From Candidatus Krumholzibacteriia bacterium (GTDB taxonomy: Bacteria; Krumholzibacteriota; Krumholzibacteriia; LZORAL124-64-63), in assembly GCA_041390065.1 (NCBI GenBank), contig JAWKQQ010000008.1:251846-315845 (forward strand): 64,000 nucleotides of DNA, read 5' to 3'. The notes under the pieces are model-generated. The model searched no databases. It worked only from the letters and a program-made list of their open reading frames with translations, and was not told the DNA's origin. The position numbers and the translations under genes are program-made. Positions within the stretch are counted from its first letter, which is position 1. Every line of letters starts with the position of its first letter. Shown here piece after piece: positions 27,880 to 38,715 of this stretch.

Positions 27880-28890
27880 CTAGACGGCGAGATCGCCCTG
27901 GCGGAGGACCGGCACGGTCCGTCCGTCCCGCGTCACCTCGATGGTCGGCAGGTGGACCAGGCAATCCACGTGCATCCCGGAGTGCAGCGACCCGCCCGGG
28001 AACCCCTGGTTGTCGCCGAAGGCGACGTGCGCGGTGCGCAAGGCCTTCTCGTCCTCCAGCATGCGCCCCACCAGGCGGGCCCCCGGGTTCAGGCCCATGC
28101 CCAGTTCGCAGACCATGGCCGCGCCGGCGTCGTGCCGGAAGTTGCGGCTGATCCGGTCCTGCCAGAGCGCGTCGGCGCAGACCACGTCGAGCACCTTGCC
28201 GGCCTTGATCTCGATGCGCACGGGCATCGGCGGCACTCCCTCGTGGCCGATCGGGCCGTCGACCATGAGGACCCCCTCGGCCGAACCCTCGACCGGCGCG
28301 CAGTAGATCTCGCCGCAGGGGAGGTTGATGCAGCAGGCGGGGCTCGCCTTGAGGTCGCTGATGAAGGGGCGTTCGTGAACATCGACCGTGAGGTCGGTGC
28401 CGAGGTTCGAGCGCAGCCGCACGGTCTCGGCGCCCTCGAGGAGGTCGAGCATGAGGCGTTCCCGCAGCTGCATGCGACGGTAATCCACGTCGAGCGAGCC
28501 GCCGGTCATCATGTCCTCGCTGATGCCGGGCGCGTGGCCCATGCGGATGCTGCCCTGCCGCTCGACGAGGTTGAGCCAGGCGATGCGGAAGGGCGTCTCG
28601 GCCGTGTGGCCGGGGATCGCGTTGACCACCACGGTGGGACCGGGGATGAGGGCGGCCAGATCGCGCGGGATCTCCGCGAGCGGGCGGCCGTTCGGCGGCA
28701 GATCGTAGGTGGTGACGCGGCAGCCGTAGCGGCGGGCGGCGGCGGCGAAGGCGCCGGGGCAGGCGCCGCAGACCTCGTCGCCGACCACGAGCACGTGGTC
28801 GTCGGGGCGCAGTTCGAGGGCCGCTTCCATGGCGCGCAGCGCGGCGGAGACCATGGCGGAGGTGGGCTGCTGGACGGCACCGAAATTCAT
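27880..28890 (-). CDS. aminopeptidase, peptidase M29 (AmpS/aminopeptidase T)-like
   Basis: Start MNFGAVQQ. The C-terminal region AHVAFGDNQG..SLHSGMHVDCLV..TRDGRTVPVLRQG matches the M29 C-terminal signature. Confidence 0.55.
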   Translation of the reverse strand: MNFGAVQQPTSAMVSAALRAMEAALELRPDDHVLVVGDEVCGACPGAFAAAARRYGCRVTTYDLPPNGRPLAEIPRDLAALIPGPTVVVNAIPGHTAETPFRIAWLNLVERQGSIRMGHAPGISEDMMTGGSLDVDYRRMQLRERLMLDLLEGAETVRLRSNLGTDLTVDVHERPFISDLKASPACCINLPCGEIYCAPVEGSAEGVLMVDGPIGHEGVPPMPVRIEIKAGKVLDVVCADALWQDRISRNFRHDAGAAMVCELGMGLNPGARLVGRMLEDEKALRTAHVAFGDNQGFPGGSLHSGMHVDCLVHLPTIEVTRDGRTVPVLRQGDLAV

Positions 28891-29003
28891 GGCACTGAGG
28901 GTCCCTGGTTGGGGCGGACGACGGGGCGCCGCATCCGGGGCGGACGGCGCCCGTCGCGCCCAAACATCGTGCGCGGGACGGGGGAAAGCAAAGGTGGGAT
29001 GGG

Positions 29004-30415
<1,412 letters not shown>

Positions 30416-30439
<24 letters not shown>

Positions 30440-32821
30440 CGGCGCCCGGGCGGTGCGCAGGGTCAGTTCGAAGGTGGTGCCCCGTCCGGGTCGCGAGGCC
30501 GCGATGTCCAGCTCGCCGCGGAAGCGGCGCAACGTCTCCTGGGTGCGGGCGAAGCCGAAGCCGCCGCCGCGCCGCGTGCTGCCCTTGCCGGCCAGGATCT
30601 GGGCCCAGTCGGCGGGCGGAATGCCGCAGCCGGTGTCGACGACGGTGACAACGGTGCGGAGCTCGTCCGTCGTCCAGGCGATGCCGAGCTCGCGGTCGAC
30701 CGACCCGCGCATGGCGCGAACCGCGTTGCCGACCAGGTTGTCGAGGCAGAACGCGAGGTCGTCCGGATCGCAGATCACCGCGCAGGCTGCGGTCGCGGCC
30801 GGCGCGTCGGGCGTTCCGGCCCGCCCCTGCACGGTGACCTTGACCTCCGCCCCGGCGAGGGCCGACGCCTGCGACCGCAACACCCCGGCCAGCACGCCTG
30901 GCAGGTCGGCCACGAACCGGCTCTCCACCTCGTCGCGCACCCGGGCGACCTCCACCTGCAAGGCCTGCTGGAGGGCCTCCAGCTCGGCCACCATGGCCTC
31001 CAGATCGACCGGTTCGTCCGCTTCCAGGCGGCCGAGCAGGCGGTCGGCGCCGGCGCAGGTCTCCGCCAGCGACGCCAGGCGATGGTCCCGCACCCGGACC
31101 TGGCGGGCCAGATCCACGACCTCGTCCAGGCGCTGCAGGGCGGACGCGCGCGCATCGGCCGCCAGGTCGCGGATCTCCTGGCCCGGCACGGTCGGCCCGT
31201 CCGACATCTCGACGGCCGCGCGGCAGTGCCAGGCGAGGCGGTCGAAGCACTCCAGGGTGCCGAACGTCTCGTGGCGGATGGTCCGCAAGCGGTCGAGCAG
31301 GCCCAGCGCGAGCTCACGCTGGACGGCCGCGCTCACGGGCCGACGGCGCCGTCGGCGCACGGCCAGCGTGGTCAGGGGCACGGCCGCGAGCGAGGCGCCG
31401 GCGCCCACGAGCCAGGGCCAGCGGGCGCGACGCATGACGAAGGCCTGGCGCGCATGCTCCGAGGAGAACAGGAGCGGCGGACCGGCGTCGAGCTGCCAGA
31501 CGGCGAGCGCGTCCGCGGTCCGCGGCCGGCCCTTCGGCAGGAACGCCTGGGGCGCGAGGTCATCCGACAGGACCACCACGCCGACGTTGTTCAGCTCGGC
31601 GAGGATGAACGGAGGCCGGCCGGCCAGAAGGTCCGCCCGACCGCGGAGAGCGGCGTTCGCCGGCATCCAGACGCGCCCCCGCTCGCTGAAGCGGCCGGAC
31701 GGGGCGAGGTTCCAGGTCGTCAGCAGCCCTCCCCGCTGGCTCACGGCCAGGCGGAGATCGCCGTCGGTCCCGGTCGACCAGAGCACCAGCGACGTCACGT
31801 CGAGGTCGGTCGCGGCGACGCCGAGAGGCCGGCCGGTGGCCCCGTCGAGGGCGGCGAGGATCCCGGACCCGCCCGCCTGCGAACCGCCGCCGCAGACCAC
31901 GTCCAGCACGCCGTCGCCGTCGACGTCGGCCACCGCGAGCACGGCGCCGGAGGGATGGGCGGCGACGGCCCACTGCCAGCGGAGGCGTCCCTGGTCATCG
32001 AACACCATGACGTAGCTCGAATCGTCGGACGCGGTGCCGATCCGTTCCTGGCGGAGGTTGTCGACCCCGCCGCAGCTGAGGATGATCTCCCGCCGGCCGT
32101 CCTGGTCGAGGTCGGCGAGCCGGCTCGCGGCGGCGTTGGGGCAGGGACCGAGTTCGACGCGCCAGACGTCTTCGCCCGACCAGGGATCGACGGCCCGCAC
32201 GCCCCGCCCCGTGACGTCGTAGCCGGCCCGGCCGACCAGCACCAGCACCTGGCCGCCCTCGCGGCCGCCGGACACGCCTCCGAGCGGAGTCAGCGATCCG
32301 TCCCAACGGCCGTCCGCGAACCGGCCGTCGTGCATGGGCGTCTCGAACGCCGCCCGGGTGTCGCCGGTGCGCGGATCGAGCACCCGGGTCAGCCAGCGGA
32401 GATTCAGGGAGTCCGCCGCCGTGGCCACCAGCTCGGGGCGGCCGTCGCCATCGAGGTCGAAATCGAGGCAGAGCTGGGCCACCGGGCGGTGCGTGTGGAA
32501 CGGCGGCAGGAAGGGGTGCTGCCAGATGACCGGCGGCAACGGCCACTCGTGCGAGCGGCCGAGCAGGCAGAAATCGTAGTGGTGGAACATCTCGGCCAGC
32601 CCGTCGCCGTCCACATCGCCCCACACGCAGGACGGCCCCGGCGTCGGCTCCGGCGCGTCTTTGAGGTCGAAGAAGTTGACCTTGTGCAGGTCGTAGGGGA
32701 GCCAGCGCAGGTCCGCTTCGCGGCAGCCGCCGAGGACGAGCGGCAGGCAACACACGACCATGGCGATGGTCGCGGCGGCCCGCCCGCGGGCGATCGCGGC
32801 TCGGGTGGCGGACGGGAACAT
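30416..32821 (-). CDS. sensor histidine kinase with extracytoplasmic FG-GAP/beta-propeller sensor domain
   Basis: Signal/TM, then repeated ..DxDGDG.. FG-GAP-like blades. A TM (WPWLVGAGASLAAVPLTTLAV) is followed by a poly-Arg stretch. HATPase_c boxes NLVGNAVRAM, VVDTGCGIP, GGGFGF. Confidence 0.65.
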
Positions 32822-32909
32822 GCGGCATCCCCACGTGGCGCAAGACGGTCGAACGGATGGTCGCGGGCCAGTATAACCCGAAGCCGGAGCCGTTCTCAAC
32901 GCCGCGCTG

Positions 32910-34892
32910 TCAGGGCAGCAGGGTCACCCGCGTGGTCCGGTTCCGCTCGCCCGCCTGCAGACGCACCACGTAGGCGCCGGCAGCCACCCCGACGCCCCGG
33001 TCGTCACGGCCGTTCCAGCGGGCCGATTGCCAGGCGCCGCTGGCCGATCCGGCGGCGAGCCGCCGGACCTGACGCCCCCGCACGTCGTACACCACGACGC
33101 TCACCGGCGTGCCCAGCTCCGCGCGCCAGCTCACCACGGTGGCCGGGTTGCAAGGGTTCGGCACGGCCGGCAGGAGGCGCGCCGCCGTGGCCGGCCGCGG
33201 CCCGGCCGGCCCCTCCAGCTCGGCCTCCACGAGGCCGCCGCCGGCCAGGGTGAGCGCGAGATGGTAGGCGAGCGGACCCCGGGTCTGCCAGGCGGCGTCG
33301 GGGTCGTGCACCCGGCAGCGGCCGCCGTCGAGGGTGAGCAGCGGATCCGCGGGCGCTCCGTCGAGCAGCACGTCGACGCCGCCGGCGTGGCGGCGTTCGA
33401 GCCGCACCGCGGCGAGGTCGGCGGACGTCAGACCGGTCGCCAGGAGGCTGCCACGGACGCCGCCGTCGGCATCCCAGGCGCAGGCCCAGCCGCCGAGCTC
33501 GACGGGCACCGCGTCGCCGCTGGAATCGACGAAGCGTACCCAGCCGGCCACGGCCGAGCTCGCGACGTTGCCCTCCGGCGCTCCCACCGCGTAGTCGTCC
33601 GCGCCATCGCCGTCGAGATCGCCCGCCCAGGCGCACCAGGCGCCGAAATGATCGTCCGCCGGGGCGGCGACGAGGCCGTCGCGGATCACCTCGGTGAGCT
33701 GGTCGGCATCCGCGACGCTGCCCGAGCCGCCGGTCCACAGGAAGGCGCGGCCGGCCTCGGTGGCGGGCGAGTCGTCGTAAGGCGCCCCCAAAAGCACGTC
33801 GGGCAGGCTGCTGCCCGCGACATCGCCCACGCCGGCCACCGACCAGCCCAGGCGGGCCCCGCCGGCCGGACCGCCGCAGCTGCGGTCGGCCGTGGCGTCG
33901 GCGTCCAGGCCGCCGAAGAAGATCTCCACCCGGCCGCGTTCGGTGCCGCCGTCGTTGCAGAACGGCACCCCGACGGCGAGATCGGGATCGCCATCGCCGT
34001 CGAAGCTGCCCACGGCGGCCACGCTGTAGCCGAACTGGTTGTCGGCGGTCGAGGTCGCGTTGCTCTGGAGCGTGAGGTCGCTGGTCGTGTCCGGTCCGGG
34101 GCTGGGCGACGTGCTGCCGCGGTAGACGTAGACCGCGCCCTGCCGCAGGGCCGCTCCCGTGCCGTTGCTGGGAGCGCCGACGGCCAGGCAGCGGGCGCCC
34201 CCGCCGAGGAAGGCGCCCACCCCGGCCAGCGACCAGCCGAAGCGCTCGTAGGCCAGGTGCCCCAGCATCGTGAGGTCCGGCGTGGTGGCCGGGCCGCCCG
34301 GCGCGCCGAGGTACACGTAGGCCGCGCCGGCCTCGAGGCCGGCGGTGTCGGCCAGGGGTGCGCCGATCGCGAAATCGTCGCGCCCGTCGCCGTCGAGGTC
34401 GCCCAGGGCGGCCAGCGCCCAGCCGAAGTGCGCGCCGGTGGCCGGACTGGCGAGGGTGAGGTCCGGCGTGGCGGAGATCGGCGAACCGCCGTAATAGACA
34501 TAGACCCGGCCGCTCTCCGAGCCGCCGACATCGGAATAGGGCGCGCCGACGGCGAAATCGTCCACGCCGTCGTCGTTCACGTCGCCGATCCGGGCCACGG
34601 CGTGGCCGAACTGCTCGCCGCCGGCGCCGTTCCAGATGCGATTGGCGTTCAAGGTGATCGCCGTGCCACCGAACCATAGGTAGACGCGCCCGGCGTCCTG
34701 GCCCGTGGCGTCGGAACCGGGAGCGCCGACGAGGAGTTCCCCGTCTCCGTCGCCGTCCTGGTCGCCGAGGGCGCTGACGGCGGCTCCGAGGCGAAGACCG
34801 GCCGTTCCCGTTGCATCGCGCACGATGTCGGTGCCCCGGGCGACGGTCGAGAGCAGCAGGACGCTGACGAGCAACAACGGGATGGGGCGCAC
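32910..34892 (-). CDS. secreted FG-GAP repeat (integrin-alpha-like beta-propeller) protein with T9SS type-A C-terminal domain
   Basis: GTG start with a signal peptide. Seven or more FG..GDxDGDGxxDxxxGAP repeats. C-terminus AVPNPCNPATVVSW..VVVYDVRGRQVRRL..GAYVVRLQ. Confidence 0.65.
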   Translation of the reverse strand: MRPIPLLLVSVLLLSTVARGTDIVRDATGTAGLRLGAAVSALGDQDGDGDGELLVGAPGSDATGQDAGRVYLWFGGTAITLNANRIWNGAGGEQFGHAVARIGDVNDDGVDDFAVGAPYSDVGGSESGRVYVYYGGSPISATPDLTLASPATGAHFGWALAALGDLDGDGRDDFAIGAPLADTAGLEAGAAYVYLGAPGGPATTPDLTMLGHLAYERFGWSLAGVGAFLGGGARCLAVGAPSNGTGAALRQGAVYVYRGSTSPSPGPDTTSDLTLQSNATSTADNQFGYSVAAVGSFDGDGDPDLAVGVPFCNDGGTERGRVEIFFGGLDADATADRSCGGPAGGARLGWSVAGVGDVAGSSLPDVLLGAPYDDSPATEAGRAFLWTGGSGSVADADQLTEVIRDGLVAAPADDHFGAWCAWAGDLDGDGADDYAVGAPEGNVASSAVAGWVRFVDSSGDAVPVELGGWACAWDADGGVRGSLLATGLTSADLAAVRLERRHAGGVDVLLDGAPADPLLTLDGGRCRVHDPDAAWQTRGPLAYHLALTLAGGGLVEAELEGPAGPRPATAARLLPAVPNPCNPATVVSWRAELGTPVSVVVYDVRGRQVRRLAAGSASGAWQSARWNGRDDRGVGVAAGAYVVRLQAGERNRTTRVTLLP

Positions 34893-35078
34893 GACGGGCC
34901 TCCAGGGCGCGGCATCACGGCGCCTTCTCCCCCGTGGAGGGGCGTCGTCATGCGGTCGGACACGAGAGCATACACCGGCACGCGGGTTGCATAAAACCCT
35001 TGCTTGCCGGACCGTTCCGGGTTGATCTTTGCAAGACCCCGGCCAGATCCCCGCCCCGCGCGGGCCAGATGAGGTGAC

Positions 35079-36461
35079 ATGCGTTCGACGTTCCTCGTGG
35101 TTGCCCTGGCCACCCTGAGCCTGCTCATGGTGGCCGGTTGTCGCGACCAGCAGCCCCAGAGCACCGCCATGGGCGGCCCGGAAGAATTCCTGCCACCGGC
35201 GCCCCCGCTCGTGCCAGCGGCCCAGGAACCGGTCACGGAGACCACGGCGGCCGGCCCGGCCCTCGGGCGCGACGTCGAGCTGCGGATCCAGCGCGGGCAG
35301 ACGTTCTACGAGGCCCTGGCGGCACTGGGCATCCCCCACGGGGACATCATGGACCTCGTGGCCGCCGTCGGCGAGTTCCGCAACCTGCGCAAGGTGAAGC
35401 AGGGCGAGCTCTTCCGCATCGAGTTCACCGCCCACGACGAGCTGCGCGCCCTGGCCTTCGACCTCGACCTCGAGAGCTGGGTCCGCTACGAGCGGGGCGA
35501 GGACGGCGTCTTCACCCAGGAGCAGGGCAGCTACCCGGTCGAGCATCGCACCGTCGGCGTCGCTGGCGTCATCGAGTCGAGCCTCTACGAGGCGCTGCAG
35601 AAGAGCGGCGCGCCGCTCAACCTGGCCGCCAAGATCAACGACGTGCTCGGGTGGGATCTCGACTTCAGCCGCGACCCTCGCCAGGGCGACCGGTTCAGCA
35701 TCGTCTACGAGGAGATCTTCAAGGACGGGGAGTTCGTGCGCACCGGCCCGATCCTCGCCTGCAGCTACGAGGGCCGCGGCCACGACCTGGCCGCCTACCG
35801 CTACACCCTCAAGGACGACCACACGGGGTACTACGGCCGCGACGGCAAGAACCTCCAGAAGCAGCTCATGCGGGCCCCGCTGAACTACTCCCGCATCTCC
35901 AGCGGCTTCAGCTACCAGCGCAAGCATCCGGTGCTGGGCCGCGTGATGCCCCACCTGGGCATCGACTACGCCGCCCCGGTCGGCACGCCGGTCTATGCCG
36001 CGGGCGACGGCGTGGTCACGGACATGGGCAGCAAGAAGGGCAACGGACGCTACGTCCATCTGCGCCACACCAACCGCGAGTACGAGACCCTGTACCTGCA
36101 CTTCTCGCGTTTCGCCCGGGGACTGAAGGTGGGCACGCGCGTGCGCCAAGGCGACGTCATCGGCTACGTCGGCGCCACCGGCTACGCCACCGGCCCGCAC
36201 CTCGACTTCCGCGTCAAGAAGGGCGGCGCGTTCGTCAACCCACGCACCCTGAAGCTGCCCCCGGCCGAGCCGGTGCCCAGCGACCAACTGGCCAGCTTCC
36301 TGGCCCTGCGCGCGACCTACGACGAGGCGCTCGCCGAGGCCGGCGCGGGCCTGGCCGAGCCGGTGACGGTGGCCGCGCTCGACCGCGAGGCGCCACCGTG
36401 GTGGGACGCCCATGCCCAGGCCGCGCTGGCGTTGCCGCTGGGGTTGCGGGCGGCGGACTGA
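35079..36461 (+). CDS. M23-family peptidoglycan endopeptidase lipoprotein
   Basis: Lipobox LLMVAGC. LytM motifs HLGIDYAAPVGTPVYAAGDGVV, GNGRYVHLRH, GATGYATGPHLDF. Confidence 0.8.
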   Translation: MRSTFLVVALATLSLLMVAGCRDQQPQSTAMGGPEEFLPPAPPLVPAAQEPVTETTAAGPALGRDVELRIQRGQTFYEALAALGIPHGDIMDLVAAVGEFRNLRKVKQGELFRIEFTAHDELRALAFDLDLESWVRYERGEDGVFTQEQGSYPVEHRTVGVAGVIESSLYEALQKSGAPLNLAAKINDVLGWDLDFSRDPRQGDRFSIVYEEIFKDGEFVRTGPILACSYEGRGHDLAAYRYTLKDDHTGYYGRDGKNLQKQLMRAPLNYSRISSGFSYQRKHPVLGRVMPHLGIDYAAPVGTPVYAAGDGVVTDMGSKKGNGRYVHLRHTNREYETLYLHFSRFARGLKVGTRVRQGDVIGYVGATGYATGPHLDFRVKKGGAFVNPRTLKLPPAEPVPSDQLASFLALRATYDEALAEAGAGLAEPVTVAALDREAPPWWDAHAQAALALPLGLRAAD

Positions 36462-36571
36462 GCCGGACCGGACGTCCCCCCGCGTTGTCGCGACGACCTC
36501 CCGGGCCTTCCGCTGCCCGAGGGAGAGCCCTCGACGATATCCCAGCACCCGCTTCGGATTTCATGCTATCC

Positions 36572-36610
36572 TTGACGGGCGTCCCCGCCCCCTGGCCGCC
36601 AGCCCGTCAA
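36572..36610 (+). promoter_or_regulatory. inverted repeat (TTGACGGGC-N21-GCCCGTCAA) abutting the RBS of the downstream gene
   Basis: Perfect 9-bp inverted repeat. Its 3' arm ends at the AAGGAG Shine-Dalgarno of the 36621 ATG. Confidence 0.3.
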
Positions 36611-36620
36611 AGGAGACACC

Positions 36621-38621
36621 ATGAAGACCCGCCTCGTGCTCGCCCTCGCGCTCCTGGCCGCCGCCGCCCTGCCCGCGGTGGCCCTGGTCCCCCGGAACAT
36701 CGTCGTGGAGATGGGCTCGGCCACCTGGTGAGGCTACTGCCCGCGCGCCCGCGCCGGTCTGCAGGTCCTGCACGACCGCTACGACACCATCGAGTTCGAC
36801 TCCATCGAGTACATGGCCACCAGCGGCGGCCTGGGCTGTCCCGACTCGGACACCCGCATCACCTACTACGGCAACAACGGCCTGCCCCACCTGCTCTTCG
36901 ACGGCGGTGACCTGATCGTCGGCGCCGGCACCGACGCCGTCGACGGCAGCGTCTACGACCCCGTGGTGCAGAAGCTGCTCGACGACGCCACGCCCGTGAA
37001 GATGACGATGTCCGACGTGGTGCTCGACCCCCTGGGGTCCTCATGCACGGTGACCCTGGAGCTCACCGACGACCTCGCGAGCAGCGACGCCATCTACCTG
37101 CGGGTCGCCATCGTGGAAGACCAGGTGACCTACGCGAGCACCACCTACGAGAACATCCTGCGCGACCTGCTGCCGGACGTGCCACTGACGATCAGCGAGG
37201 CCGGCCAGACCCAGGTCGTGCCCCTGGCGTTCACCTTCAGCGGCAGCTGGGTGGCGGCCAACTCCCGGCTGGTCGCCTTCGTGCAGCGTGACGCCGACAA
37301 GCGGGTCCTGCAGACCTGCAACTCGCGCCCCACGCCCGACCATTCCCTGCGCTACTACGCCCTCGGCGAGCGCACCGTGATCGCCGGCGGCGAGGTCGTG
37401 TTCGACGAGGCCGCGCTGTTCAACACCGGCAACCTGGACGACACCTACCAGGTGACGCTCGACACGGCGGCCCTGCCCGCCGGCTGGAGCGCCCACTTCA
37501 CCCACGACGCCGGCGTCGACACCGACCTCACCCTGCCCCTGGCCGCGGGCGCCTCGGCGGCGTTCCACGTGGTCATCGACGCCGTCGGGACCGGCGAGGG
37601 CCAGGTCACCCTGACGTTCACGCCGCAGAGCGGCGGCGCCGCCCCCCGCGCCATCACCTACAAGGTCATCACCCCGGGCACCGAGATCCTGATCGTCGAC
37701 GACGACGGCGCCTATGACTACGAGACCCGCTACTTCGCGCCGGCGCTGGCGAGCACCGGCCGCAGCTTCGCCATCTGGGACCGCAACTCGACCGCCGTAT
37801 CGGCGGCCGTCCTCGACAACTTCGACGCCGTGATCTGGTCGTGCGGCTGGGCCTTCCCCACCGTGGACGCCGACGACCGCGCCGCCCTCGCCAGCTACCT
37901 CGACGGCGGCGGCAATCTGTTCATCACCGGCCAGGACATCGGCTGGGAGATGGCCGATCAGGGCGGCGCCGCGCTCGCCTGGTACCAGACCTACCTGCAT
38001 GCCACGTACGTCGCCGACGACACCAACCTGCTCACCCTCCAGGGCGTGCCGGGCGATCCCATCACCGACGGCCTCAGCCTCGCGATTTCCGGCGGCGACG
38101 GCGCCGACAACCAGGAGTACCCCAGCGACATCGACCCCCGCGGCGCGGGCGCCTCGGTGATCCTCACCTACGACGCCAGCCGCAACGGCGCCATCAAGGC
38201 CGACACCGGGCTCTACAAGGTGGTCTACCTGGCCTTCGGCTACGAGGCCATCAACAACCCGGCCGACCGCGCGGCCCTCATGGCGGGCATCGTGGACTGG
38301 CTGCTGCCCGACCCGCTGGACGCACCCGGCAACCGGGTACCCGCCGCCACGGCCGTCCTCGGCAGCGCGCCCAACCCGTTCAACCCCATGACGGTCATCC
38401 GCTACGCCGTGGCGACCGAGGCCGACGTCACGCTCGGCGTGTTCGACGTGCGCGGGCGGCTGGTGCGGCGGCTGGACCAAGGCCGACGCGCGGTCGGCGA
38501 GCACGCCGCCCGCTGGGACGGACTCGACCAGACCGGCCAGGCCCTCCCGTCGGGGACCTACGTCTGCCGGATCGTCGGGTCGGACTCCGCGCCGGCGGTC
38601 AAGCTGATGCTCGTGCGGTAG
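36621..38621 (+). CDS. candidate selenoprotein: secreted thioredoxin-fold (W-U-G-Y-C) domain fused to a large domain and T9SS type-A C-terminal domain; in-frame UGA at 36729-36731
   Basis: ATG after an AAGGAG RBS, then signal peptide MKTRLVLALALLAAAALPAVA. NIVVEMGSATW-TGA-GYCP continues in frame into ORF 36813..38621, which has no signal peptide of its own. An fdhF-like SECIS hairpin lies at 36756-36777. C-terminus PNPFNPMTVIRY..GVFDVRGRLVRRL. Confidence 0.5.
36756..36777 (+). ncRNA. putative bacterial SECIS element (mRNA hairpin)
   Basis: GGUC-UGCA-GGUCC-UGCA-c-GACC: stem with apical loop GGUCC about 35 nt 3' of the UGA. Strongly resembles the E. coli fdhF SECIS upper stem-loop GGUUGCAGGUCUGCACC. 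Confidence 0.4.
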
Positions 38622-38715
38622 CCCGCGCGCAACCAGGAGGACGCGCCCCGACCGTCGCCGGCGGTCGGGGCGCTCTCACGAGGTCATGCGACCACGGCTG
38701 CGATCCGCCTGCCGG

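Noticed and set aside
36729-36731. In-frame TGA interpreted as a plain stop, giving a 36-aa peptide plus a separate gene from 36813
   Set aside because: The separate gene would encode a T9SS-tailed protein without a signal peptide. The 81 nt between them are in frame, stop-free and continue a thioredoxin fold. The TGA sits exactly at a W-x-G-x-C redox position and is followed by a SECIS-like hairpin. A substitution error (TGC to TGA) cannot be fully excluded.
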